From positions 1 through 32,000 of the forward strand of contig JBASWO010000070.1 of assembly GCA_049276515.1 (NCBI GenBank): a stretch of DNA of 32,000 nt, in the 5' to 3' direction. A model generated the notes under the pieces. The model worked only from the letters and a program-made list of their open reading frames with translations, was not told where the DNA came from and did not search any database. The translations under genes were made by a program, and so were the position numbers. The DNA comes from Alphaproteobacteria bacterium (GTDB lineage Bacteria; Pseudomonadota; Alphaproteobacteria; UBA9219). This document shows, in pieces, positions 1 through 7,972 of the stretch. The number at the start of each line of letters is the position of its first letter. Positions within the stretch are counted from its first letter, which is position 1.

Positions 1-109
1 GCCTTCTGCTGCTGCTCCTCCTAGTGTCGGGTCTCCTGCTATCACAACAACTACAACAGAGATCTCTGTCAATTATCAAAATGAGCAATCAGCTAAAGGA
101 TCTTTTGCC

Positions 110-451
110 ATGGCAGCCTTGGGGATCATCCTTCTCATCCTTGTTTGTCTGATTGTTGTCGCTTTTTGTGTCGTGCCACTGATTGTGATTGTTCGTTGCA
201 TCATCAATAAAGAATTAGACAAGGTAGAGAAGACTTTGTGGGCAGTCTTTACTTTTCTCATGCCTTTGGTTGGTTTTGTTTATCTCATCGTGGTTGAAAA
301 ATCACGTTTTTGGAAAACCACAGGCGTGCTTTGCCTTGTTGCCTTCGGTCTCTTTGTCGTTGCGATTATAACGGCAGGAGTTGTGGGTGTAGCAGGGCTC
401 TCGCCTGATGAGATTAAAACCATGATGCATACCGCAACACAAAAGCGTTAG
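110..451 (+). CDS. Small multi-pass membrane protein with a PLD-nuclease N-terminal (PLDc_N-like) motif. The 5' end is uncertain because the frame is open to the window edge.
   Basis: The 113-aa ORF has three hydrophobic segments. The stretch LWAVFTFLMPLVGFVYLIV resembles the W..(x)..P..G..Y signature of small PLDc_N membrane proteins. The same frame has no stop from nt 2 to 109 (PSAAAPPSVGSPAITTTTTEISVNYQNEQSAKGSFA), so the true start may lie outside the window. Confidence 0.5.
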   Translation: MAALGIILLILVCLIVVAFCVVPLIVIVRCIINKELDKVEKTLWAVFTFLMPLVGFVYLIVVEKSRFWKTTGVLCLVAFGLFVVAIITAGVVGVAGLSPDEIKTMMHTATQKR

Positions 452-456
452 TCAGC

Positions 457-1041
457 TTGTTGTTTATGCAGTATCTTCCGGCGATAAATAACATCCTCTT
501 TTGGGTGTTAGCGACGCTTCTTATCATTGATGCCTATTTTGTTATTTTCCATGGCGGCATCCCCAATATCCGCACAGCGCCTGCTATCCGCAAAAAGATC
601 ATTGAGCTTTTGAAGGAAGATTTTGAAGCTAAAAAGAAAAGCAACTATACGATTGTAGATGTTGGCTCAGGCAATGGTCTTTTTACACGTGAGATTGCTC
701 GCGCTTTGCCAGATGCAAAAGTCGTTGGCATTGAACTCGCACGGCAGTCTGTTTTTTGGTCAAATTGTCTGAAGCGTATTATGGGTCTCACAAATCTCGA
801 ATATCGCCGCATGAATTTTCTATCATTTCATTTTGGCGAAGCCGATGCTGTGACGATGTACCTGTTACCTTCGGTCATGGTTTTGCTTGGCAAAAAGCTG
901 AATGAGGAAGCCCGCCCTGACACACTCATTACATCTAACAAATTCCCTTTAGGGGATGGCTGGGAGCCACAGCAGGTTCTGGATGTGAACACACTTTATA
1001 TTCACCAAAAGAAGCTCTTTATTTATAGGAAAAAACTGTAG
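457..1041 (+). CDS. Class I SAM-dependent methyltransferase with an N-terminal transmembrane segment
   Basis: Motif I VDVGSGNGLFTREIA is followed by an acidic post-I residue (VVGIELA). There is an N-terminal hydrophobic helix. The start is TTG at 457 or ATG at 466. Confidence 0.7.
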   Translation: MLFMQYLPAINNILFWVLATLLIIDAYFVIFHGGIPNIRTAPAIRKKIIELLKEDFEAKKKSNYTIVDVGSGNGLFTREIARALPDAKVVGIELARQSVFWSNCLKRIMGLTNLEYRRMNFLSFHFGEADAVTMYLLPSVMVLLGKKLNEEARPDTLITSNKFPLGDGWEPQQVLDVNTLYIHQKKLFIYRKKL

Positions 1042-1081
1042 CGTTTTTAATTTCAGATCTTCATGTTAAAGATCAAGTATA

Positions 1082-2059
1082 GTGCCGCTAAAGATTATAG
1101 AGAAAAATATGTATAGACGTATTGAGGTAGATGATTTTTCATTGCCAATTTGTGGACCTTTATCGGTTACAATTACGCGTGATGATTTGGAAAGCGTAAA
1201 AAGATTGCCACCGCGCCTTGCGGTTGCTATCGCGCGTGCCTTTCATCGTCGCAAAATCAAGTATGGTGATCTCAAAGCAAAATGCCTTGCTGCTTATCCA
1301 GAAATCACACTGGCTATTAGTTATAAGGAGTTGGGGGATTTAGAGGCGCCTGTTCATCACGGTTTTCGTCTCGCTGAACAGATTGAAGATTTTACTATGC
1401 TATCTATTGACGATCCTGATCGTCAGAATCGCCGCCATAAAATTCATTCAACGCTTGTCTGGCTCTCAAAAATTGTTGAAGCAAAAACTGACGGCCGCTA
1501 TTCGATCGGCTTTCGTGAAAACCATATTGTGATCATTGATAGGCATAGAGAAGCATTGGATCTCACGGTCCGCGGTAAAATCTATCCTTCTGTCATACCC
1601 ACCTGTGATTATGGTGCAGGTAGGCGCGGCAAAGAAGCCATCAAAGTGAAGGCGGCCTATCGGGGTTTTCCGAGTGATGTTTTGATAGCGGTCGCGGCTG
1701 CTGGTCTTTCTGGCCTTGATATTCGCGAAAGACGAGCTGGCTACCAGATTGAAGGTATCCCTCGCTTTTACACTTTTTCAGCTTTGCGTTCTATGGCTTC
1801 TGAGACCAATCGCTATTGGCAAAGCTTTACGAATGCTAAATCACTTGCTCTGACATTAGCTGGCAGGCGTATGCGGCTCTTAGATTTCAATGTGCCTGAG
1901 GATGTCGTGTTTTATGAAGGCTTGCTTGCCGATCCCTCAAAGAATGTCGCCTATGCCTTTGCGCTTGCCAAAGTCATTGCTGAGCAAGGCATCAGTCAAG
2001 AAGGACGTCGCCATCCAACCTTGCGGCGAAATAAACTGCTTTCTGAGCTTACAAGCTAA
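1082..2059 (+). CDS. Hypothetical protein (orphan, 325 aa)
   Basis: This is a long uninterrupted ORF. The start is GTG at 1082 or ATG at 1109. It has no TM segment, no signal peptide and no catalytic motif I recognise. Confidence 0.55.
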   Translation: MPLKIIEKNMYRRIEVDDFSLPICGPLSVTITRDDLESVKRLPPRLAVAIARAFHRRKIKYGDLKAKCLAAYPEITLAISYKELGDLEAPVHHGFRLAEQIEDFTMLSIDDPDRQNRRHKIHSTLVWLSKIVEAKTDGRYSIGFRENHIVIIDRHREALDLTVRGKIYPSVIPTCDYGAGRRGKEAIKVKAAYRGFPSDVLIAVAAAGLSGLDIRERRAGYQIEGIPRFYTFSALRSMASETNRYWQSFTNAKSLALTLAGRRMRLLDFNVPEDVVFYEGLLADPSKNVAYAFALAKVIAEQGISQEGRRHPTLRRNKLLSELTS

Positions 2060-2065
2060 GGCTTG

Positions 2066-2725
2066 TTAAGCGTTAGCGGCTGCCTTCTTGCGGCGTGCCG
2101 CATAGGCTAGAGCCAATAAGCTGCCGCCAAAAAGAGGCAGAGCCGCAGGCAATGGTACTGTTGAGAGTGGGCCACCACCGCCAGTGCGGATTGCAGCAAT
2201 GTTACCAGTAGAGCCAGCAGGACCAATAACATCAGCTGAGAAGAAATAACCTGTGCTGCCATCTTTCAGAAGATTGGCAACAAAGTTAGAAATGCTCACA
2301 CCTGAGCTATCCATAACTGAGAATTCCAAGGGACCAGGTTTTGCATTGCTCGCACCAGGACCACAACCAGGGCAATCAATACCATTTGTGAAGACGCCGT
2401 AAGGTGTGTTGGTGGGATTAGGTCCAGATAATGTGAAGCCGCTAAGAGGGCTTGTGATGCTGACTGTATAAGGTGTCAGCAGATTTAAATTGAAAGTGAA
2501 AGCATGGTGGGGACCACCTGTTGATACAAAGGCCGTGTTGGCAGCCAAGGTCACTTTAACATCAACTTGATTAACGCCATTTTGCGTCAACATGACTGTG
2601 CCGAGTGTACCGCTACCAATGCTTGGTGATGAAATCACATCTAGCAAATAAATGATGCTCGCATGTGCGGGTGTGGTGAGCGTGATAGTAAGAAGCAAAG
2701 AAGCAATAAAAGATAAAATACGCAT
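2066..2725 (-). CDS. Secreted protein with a C-terminal VPLPA-CTERM (PEP-CTERM-like) sorting signal
   Basis: The N-terminal signal peptide is MRILSFIASLLLTITLTTPAHA|S. The C terminus reads STVPLPAALPLFGGSLLALAYAARRKK, that is a VPLPA motif, a TM helix and a basic cluster. Confidence 0.75.
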   Translation of the reverse strand: MRILSFIASLLLTITLTTPAHASIIYLLDVISSPSIGSGTLGTVMLTQNGVNQVDVKVTLAANTAFVSTGGPHHAFTFNLNLLTPYTVSITSPLSGFTLSGPNPTNTPYGVFTNGIDCPGCGPGASNAKPGPLEFSVMDSSGVSISNFVANLLKDGSTGYFFSADVIGPAGSTGNIAAIRTGGGGPLSTVPLPAALPLFGGSLLALAYAARRKKAAANA

Positions 2726-2868
2726 AGGGCACCGTCCTAAAAAAACTTATTGAACCTATGGAGGATTGCAAAAGAAGAAGGGGGTAGGCAAGCCCTTATA
2801 TCCTTCAAGAAAGTGGTTATTAACCAAGCCTTTCCTTGCAAAACAAGGGCATGGCTAAAGTTTAGAAA

Positions 2869-3495
2869 TTAAAAAATATCGATAGCACTTATAGCACCCG
2901 CAACAGCGCCCCAGACGAGCAGGCTCGCTATCAAAGAGACGAGATAACCAAAGGCAATAGCTAAGCCATCATGCTGAACAAGACCAAGCGCAAAAAAGAT
3001 GAGCGCAAAACTGGGAATGATATTTCCAAAAGGTACAGGCAAAGCAATCGTCACAGCTAAAAGAATGCAGACAACACCAATCGGGATTGCCATCCATTTA
3101 CTGCTCAGCCAAGCCAATCTTGGCTTCAGTAGTTTTTCAAGGCCGCGCAAAAGAGGCATGATGCGTTTAAAGGTGCGTACAAATTTATCGCGGGAGAAAG
3201 AACGCTTTTTAAGAAATTTTGGCAGCCAGACTGTATTCCGTCCCATCACAAGCTGTATGGCAATCAGAATAAGAGGAATGCCAAAAACACCAGAAAGAGC
3301 AGGGGCTGCCAATGGCACTGTTAAGGGAAGTGATAAGATAAGGAGTAAGCCACCGATCGAGCGATTACCTAAAAGCTCCATCAGATCTTCGAGAGATATG
3401 CGGCTGGCTTTGACATTATCGATATAGTGGCCAATAAGATCAGATAAATGATGCTCTTTTTTCTTAGGCGCTGCAGATTTTGATTTTTTTGCCAT
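2869..3495 (-). CDS. exoD: ExoD-family exopolysaccharide synthesis membrane protein
   Basis: The protein is 208 aa. After a basic N terminus, ISLEDLMELLGNRSIGGLLLILSLPLTVPL is followed by several TM helices, which is the typical ExoD architecture. Confidence 0.65.
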   Translation of the reverse strand: MAKKSKSAAPKKKEHHLSDLIGHYIDNVKASRISLEDLMELLGNRSIGGLLLILSLPLTVPLAAPALSGVFGIPLILIAIQLVMGRNTVWLPKFLKKRSFSRDKFVRTFKRIMPLLRGLEKLLKPRLAWLSSKWMAIPIGVVCILLAVTIALPVPFGNIIPSFALIFFALGLVQHDGLAIAFGYLVSLIASLLVWGAVAGAISAIDIF

Positions 3496-3497
3496 GG

Positions 3498-3806
3498 TTA
3501 GGGCTGGACCAGGCAGGGTATTCCATCTTGCTCTTCGATATAAAGAGTAGCCTCTTCGCCTTTATTCCAAAAAACTAAATCGGGAAGGTTCACTTGAGTT
3601 TCAACAGGTATGTAGCGAACCCCTGAAGCCGATGCACCTTGCTCGATTGTGATAGGTCGGCCTTGATAATAGATGACGCCTTTATCTTGGTCGTAGCGCA
3701 TGTGAACTTTGTAGGAGCCACACACATAATGTGTCACAGCGTCACGGGCTATGGTGTGAGATGGGGCTGAGAAAAGAAAAATCAGAAGTGGAAGAAGAAT
3801 ACGCAT
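3498..3806 (-). CDS. MliC/PliC-family inhibitor of C-type lysozyme (periplasmic)
   Basis: I took the start at the internal Met (MRILLPLLIFLFSAP signal peptide) because the upstream gene's stop is at 3808-3810. The core Y.C....V......G....Q.....EQGASASGVRY.....FWNKGEEATL.......C matches the MliC fold signature. Confidence 0.7.
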   Translation of the reverse strand: MRILLPLLIFLFSAPSHTIARDAVTHYVCGSYKVHMRYDQDKGVIYYQGRPITIEQGASASGVRYIPVETQVNLPDLVFWNKGEEATLYIEEQDGIPCLVQP

Positions 3807-3807
3807 A

Positions 3808-4047
3808 TTACTTTGGCAAACCCAAATGATCCCACAACTGTTCCATTTCAATTAAGCCCAGTTCGATCGCATTTTCAATATTCTTAATGGTACCGGGCTT
3901 TTTGCCGCTTTTTTTCTGATTATGGGCAGCACGTAATTGTTCTTCGAGTGTGAGATCTTGCGTCGGCAAAGAGTCTTCATCAGTGATGAGATCCCACCCC
4001 TTGGTCTTCAGCAACTTGGCGTAATCTTCGAGATTGGATTTCGTCAT
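3808..4047 (-). CDS. Hypothetical small acidic/basic protein (79 aa)
   Basis: The ORF is packed between trmH-like (14-nt gap) and mliC-like (1-nt gap). It has no recognised motif. Confidence 0.45.
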   Translation of the reverse strand: MTKSNLEDYAKLLKTKGWDLITDEDSLPTQDLTLEEQLRAAHNQKKSGKKPGTIKNIENAIELGLIEMEQLWDHLGLPK

Positions 4048-4061
4048 ACTCTCTCCTTATA

Positions 4062-4619
4062 TTACTTTTTCTTACCGCCAACACGTACGGGGCGTTCAGC
4101 GAAGGATCCCAGACTAATCATTCGGTCATAAATAACCAATGATCCTGCGATGCCAACATTAACGCAGAATTTCATGGGGATTTTGACGATATGATCGCAT
4201 CGTTTAACTAAAGCGGGCGAGAGACTGCCTTTTTCAGGGCCTAAAACATAGGCAGCACGCAAGGGATGCCGAAAGCTTGGCAGATCAACCGCATCATCGG
4301 TGAGTTCGATGCCAACAAGGGAGCAATCTTTTGGCAAGGTAAAATCAGAGATATTTTTGTAGGCATAAAAAGGCATATGAATATCGGCATGCGATGTATC
4401 GGATTGTTTGACATCCTGATAGCTAACCGATGCATTGATCGTGAAAAAAAAGCTCGCGCCAAAAGCATGCGATGTGCGCACAAGATTACCAAGATTAAAG
4501 CTTTTGCTTATTTCCTCAACGCCGACAGCAAAATAGCCACGCGTTTTAGGTGTACTTGCCTTGTTGGGACTGAGATCAGGATTATTTTCGTGAGCTTTAC
4601 GCATGGAGGTACCATACAC
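4062..4619 (-). CDS. SpoU/TrmH-family RNA 2'-O-methyltransferase
   Basis: The C-terminal SPOUT knot motifs are present: AYVLGPEKGSLSPALVKRCDHIVKIPM...NVGIAGSLVIYDR. The GTG start at 4619 has AGGAG 9 nt upstream. Confidence 0.75.
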   Translation of the reverse strand: MYGTSMRKAHENNPDLSPNKASTPKTRGYFAVGVEEISKSFNLGNLVRTSHAFGASFFFTINASVSYQDVKQSDTSHADIHMPFYAYKNISDFTLPKDCSLVGIELTDDAVDLPSFRHPLRAAYVLGPEKGSLSPALVKRCDHIVKIPMKFCVNVGIAGSLVIYDRMISLGSFAERPVRVGGKKK

Positions 4620-4651
4620 GGGCTTGCGCTCCTGTGCAAAGTCAGGATTTT

Positions 4652-5908
4652 TTAACGGTGAATGCGCTCGCCATGTAAATTAACATCCAAGCCCTCACGT
4701 TCCACATGTTCGGGGACACGCAGGCCAATCGTATGTTCAACGATCAGCAAAATACCGTAAGTGGCAACGGCACACCATCCAATCGTGAAAGCCATGCCGA
4801 TAATCTGGGTTACAATTTGAAATGAGTTACCATCAATAGCGCCAGATTGTGTCGCAACACCGCTGATGGCAGCTTTTGCAAAAACACCCGTCAGAATGGC
4901 GCCTAGCATGCCGCCAACACCATGCACGCCAAAGCAATCTAAGCTGTCGTCTAATTTGAAATATTCTTTGATTGTATTGGCTGAAAGAAAACAGACAGCA
5001 CCACCCAAAGCGCCAATGATCAGAGCACCTGTCGCATCAACATAGCCTGATGCAGGCGTGATAACGACAAGTCCTGAGACAGCGCCTGTGATCGTGCCAA
5101 GAACACTTGGCTTGCCTTTAAATTTCCACTCCACAATCATCCAAGCAAGGGCGGCAATAGCAGCGGCGATCATTGTTACCATCATAGCCATGGCGGCTCT
5201 GCCATTTGCGGCACCTGCAGATCCAGCATTAAAGCCAAACCAGCCGACCCAGAGGAGAGAAGCGCCCACAACGCTATAGGCAGGATTATGGGGAGCGTAG
5301 GTTTCTTCGAGATGCACGCGCTTACCAATAAAAAGAGCGGCAATCAGACCAGCAACACCGGCATTGATATGAACAACAGTGCCGCCTGCAAAATCTAAAA
5401 CACCTTCTGCAAAGAGAAAGCCATGGGGATGCCAGATCCAATGTGCGATCGGTGCATATACAATCAATGACCACAATCCCATAAAAACCAACATGGCTGA
5501 AAATTTGATGCGGTCACAAAAAGCACCAGCGATAAGAGCAGGTGTGATGATCGCAAAGGTCATTTGGAACATCATGAAAAGAGCTTCAGGAATTGTGAAT
5601 GTAACAGCACCTTCACTGCCAGCACCTAAAATGAAAGCATGGTTCATGTCGGTGTTGGAGAGTAGGACGCGGCTAAAATCACCAACCCATTTATTGCCAT
5701 CACCAAAGGCAAGTGAGTAACCAGCAATTGTCCAGATTACAGCGACAAGACAAGCGGTCGTAAAACTTTGCATAACCGTTGCCAGCACATTGTGCTTACG
5801 AACCATGCCACCATAAAAGACGGCGAGGCCGGGAATAGTCATCAGGAGTACGAGGGCGGTAGCGGTGAGCATCCATGCTGTGTCACCCGAATTAATCGCC
5901 GCCGTCAT
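4652..5908 (-). CDS. amt: Ammonium transporter (Amt family)
   Basis: The protein is 418 aa with about 11 TM helices. Amt signatures are present: DTAWMLTATALVLLMTIPGLAVFYGGMVR, DFAGGTVVHINAG, FGVHGVGGMLGAILTG. Confidence 0.95.
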   Translation of the reverse strand: MTAAINSGDTAWMLTATALVLLMTIPGLAVFYGGMVRKHNVLATVMQSFTTACLVAVIWTIAGYSLAFGDGNKWVGDFSRVLLSNTDMNHAFILGAGSEGAVTFTIPEALFMMFQMTFAIITPALIAGAFCDRIKFSAMLVFMGLWSLIVYAPIAHWIWHPHGFLFAEGVLDFAGGTVVHINAGVAGLIAALFIGKRVHLEETYAPHNPAYSVVGASLLWVGWFGFNAGSAGAANGRAAMAMMVTMIAAAIAALAWMIVEWKFKGKPSVLGTITGAVSGLVVITPASGYVDATGALIIGALGGAVCFLSANTIKEYFKLDDSLDCFGVHGVGGMLGAILTGVFAKAAISGVATQSGAIDGNSFQIVTQIIGMAFTIGWCAVATYGILLIVEHTIGLRVPEHVEREGLDVNLHGERIHR

Positions 5909-6072
5909 TATGCCTCCAGAGAATCAAGCCAATGAAGCTTTATTGCTGCATAGCAACATAATTTGGTCAAGGACTTTGAAAAGTATAGACAAAATGCCTG
6001 TGGATAAAATCAGGGGCTGGTATTTTATTGCATCTTCAGGCCAGATAGAACCTCAACATTTACGAGGTCGTT

Positions 6073-6498
6073 ATGGATGACGCGCAGCGTTTTGATATGA
6101 GCCGATATAAGCACTGGATTGAAGATCATGTGCGCTTTAGCGATCTCGATCCGCTTGGCCACGTCAATAATAATTCGATTAGTCAGTATTTTGAAAATGC
6201 ACGCGCGGCTCTTTATCAAGAGGTCACACCTAAATGGCCGCACCGTGATCAAATCTTTGTTCTTGCCCGCACCTCAATGGATTTTCGCCGCGAATTACAT
6301 TATCCAGCAAAACTCAAAATCGGCACAGGCGTAATCAGCCTTGGCCGCACCTCGATGACGACATGTAATGCGCTGTTTCGTGGAGTTGATGGTCTTGCTT
6401 ATGGTGAAAGTGTTTCCGTCTTTATTGATAACACAACGCGCAAACCCATCCCAATTCCGGATGATTTGCGTAAGACGCTCGCAAAATACGGATCTTAA
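6073..6498 (+). CDS. Acyl-CoA thioesterase, 4HBT/YbgC-like hotdog fold
   Basis: VRFSDLDPLGHVNNNSISQYFENAR matches the 4HBT catalytic-Asp motif (D.D..GHVnN..Y). The size of 141 aa is typical. Confidence 0.8.
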   Translation: MDDAQRFDMSRYKHWIEDHVRFSDLDPLGHVNNNSISQYFENARAALYQEVTPKWPHRDQIFVLARTSMDFRRELHYPAKLKIGTGVISLGRTSMTTCNALFRGVDGLAYGESVSVFIDNTTRKPIPIPDDLRKTLAKYGS

Positions 6499-6998
6499 GT
6501 TTTTTTGCGGCGATCAGCGAGCGGCTGCGTGAATTGCGGCTCAACATCCCATGGGAAATAGACCCATGTGTCTTGGCTGAGCTCAGTTATATAGGTATCC
6601 ACCATAGGCCGGCCCATGGTTTTGGCATAGACGGTTGCAAAATGCGCTTTGGGTAGCATCTCGCGTAAAACAGAGATCGTGCGGCCCGTATCAACGAGAT
6701 CATCAATCACAATCCAACCTTCGCCATCACCTACATTGGCGGGATTTTTCACAATTTGAACCTCTTCAGCTTGTTGAGGCTGGCCATCATTTGGTTTGTA
6801 GCTCACAGCAGCGACAGTTTCGATGACGCGAATATCAAGCTCGCGCGCAACAATGGCAGCAGGCACCATACCGCCACGGGTAATAGCAACAATACCTTTC
6901 CATGGGCCGATATCGATAAGGCGCCAAGCAAGTGCTTTCGCATTGCGATGGAGTTCTTCCCAGCTCACAGGAAAGAATTTTGGTGAGGAGGTGTTCAC
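6495..6998 (-). CDS. gpt: Xanthine-guanine phosphoribosyltransferase
   Basis: The sequence is collinear with E. coli Gpt as I recall it: WKGIVAITRGGMVPAAIVARELDIR, PRPP loop IVIDDLVDTGRT, PKAHFATVYAK, DTWVYFPWD. Confidence 0.9.
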   Translation of the reverse strand: MNTSSPKFFPVSWEELHRNAKALAWRLIDIGPWKGIVAITRGGMVPAAIVARELDIRVIETVAAVSYKPNDGQPQQAEEVQIVKNPANVGDGEGWIVIDDLVDTGRTISVLREMLPKAHFATVYAKTMGRPMVDTYITELSQDTWVYFPWDVEPQFTQPLADRRKKT

Positions 6999-7049
6999 AG
7001 CAATTCCTTTAAAAGAGTGGGGTTAGCTTGGCAGAAAAGAGTTTAAAAA

Positions 7050-7080
7050 TCAAAAAGCCGGGCCTTATACGGGCCCGGCT
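7050..7080 (-). terminator. Rho-independent terminator for the 7105-7783 gene pair
   Basis: Read on the minus strand this is AGCCGGGCC-cgtataa-GGCCCGGCT followed by TTTTT. The stem is a perfect 9-bp GC-rich helix and lies about 25 nt after the stop at 7105. Confidence 0.75.
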
Positions 7081-7104
7081 TTCGAATAGTGACTTCAAAC
7101 CTAA

Positions 7105-7473
7105 TTACTTAGTCTTAGCTGGTGCCTTTGCAGGAGCTGGTGCATCGGCGGCAGGAGCTGGTAGAGCAGCATTATCATTAACTGTAATGCCAAGCTTCTT
7201 CATGCGATCGATGATCGCTTTGGCATTTTTATTACCCTTACCGGCTAGCTTCTGGGTGCCAACAGCAAGTGCGTCAAGTTGCGTTTGAACTTTTTGTGCT
7301 TCTTCAAACGCTTTGCTCTGGTTCATGTGAGCAGCTTGCAGATTTTGGCGATCGCGTAAGATTTGCGACATCTGGAAAGAGAGCATGATGAAGAGAACAA
7401 AGGAAACAATACCGACAGGAACTAGAACCTGCGTAACGGATATTTTTCCATCTTTGTTGGATGCGAATAACAT
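7105..7473 (-). CDS. Single-pass membrane protein with a coiled-coil and Ala/Pro-rich tail (paralog of 7487-7783)
   Basis: I chose the start at the internal ATG 7473 because GGGAGAA lies 6 nt upstream and it follows the upstream stop. The protein has a TM helix (VLVPVGIVSFVLFIMLSF), a Q-rich helix, ...KKLGITV... and a PAPAADAPAPAKAPAKTK tail. Confidence 0.55.
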   Translation of the reverse strand: MLFASNKDGKISVTQVLVPVGIVSFVLFIMLSFQMSQILRDRQNLQAAHMNQSKAFEEAQKVQTQLDALAVGTQKLAGKGNKNAKAIIDRMKKLGITVNDNAALPAPAADAPAPAKAPAKTK

Positions 7474-7486
7474 GTGCGGTTCTCCC

Positions 7487-7783
7487 TTATTCTTTAGCAG
7501 CATCGGCGTCAGCGTCAGCCTTGGGCTTTACGGTGATGCCTTGTGAATTGAGAAGATCCTTGATCGACTTGTCATTTTCCTTAACCGAAGCATCGGCAAG
7601 GGCCTGAACAAGCGCTTGGTTGATTTGGCTGAAACCAACGGCATTGTTGATCGTGGCCTGGCGTTGATTGACTTCGGCTGTGAGACGGCCATTGCCGTTA
7701 ACCAAAGCAACATTGATGACCAGGAGCAGAAGCGCTAGCGCGCTCAATGCAACTGATGCCCAATAAGCGACTTTATCGTCCAT
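7487..7783 (-). CDS. Single-pass membrane protein (paralog of 7105-7473)
   Basis: The protein has a TM helix (WASVALSALALLLLVINVALV), a Q/N-rich helix, ...NSQGITV... and a KADADADAAKE tail. This is the same architecture as the downstream gene. Confidence 0.55.
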   Translation of the reverse strand: MDDKVAYWASVALSALALLLLVINVALVNGNGRLTAEVNQRQATINNAVGFSQINQALVQALADASVKENDKSIKDLLNSQGITVKPKADADADAAKE

Positions 7784-7972
7784 AATCAGAACTCCCCGAT
7801 GTGGTTGGATTAGGAGGGTGTGAGGATCCCTTAAGGTAGAAAGAATCCGGTAACATGGAACTTGTTGATTCGCAACGCGTTTCGCTTTTTTGGAGTCGCT
7901 CTTCAGGCTTTACTTTAAGGTAAAAAATCGGCATCAAGTGGTTGTTTTTGACCGAGCTATCCGTTGATAACG

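Noticed and set aside
2999-3427. 142-aa plus-strand ORF antisense to exoD
   Set aside because: It is fully contained in the ExoD-family gene. Its translation is Arg/Ser/Lys-rich with no structure-like pattern, so it is a shadow ORF.
4241-4655. ORFs 4241-4492 (minus) and 4266-4655 (plus) overlapping the trmH-like gene
   Set aside because: They are alternative-frame or antisense shadows of a gene with clear SPOUT motifs, and their translations are Cys/Ile/Arg-rich nonsense.
5909-6072. Sigma-54 promoter or NtrC sites upstream of amt
   Set aside because: I found no TGGCAC-N5-TTGC element and no TGCACC-N5-GGTGCA site by eye. Only the TTGCT-N4-AGCAA repeat is reported as a finding.
6495-6498. Four-nt overlap of the convergent thioesterase and gpt stop codons within CTTAAG
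   Set aside because: The overlap is real but trivial. Overlapping stops in a TTAA palindrome are common in compact genomes.
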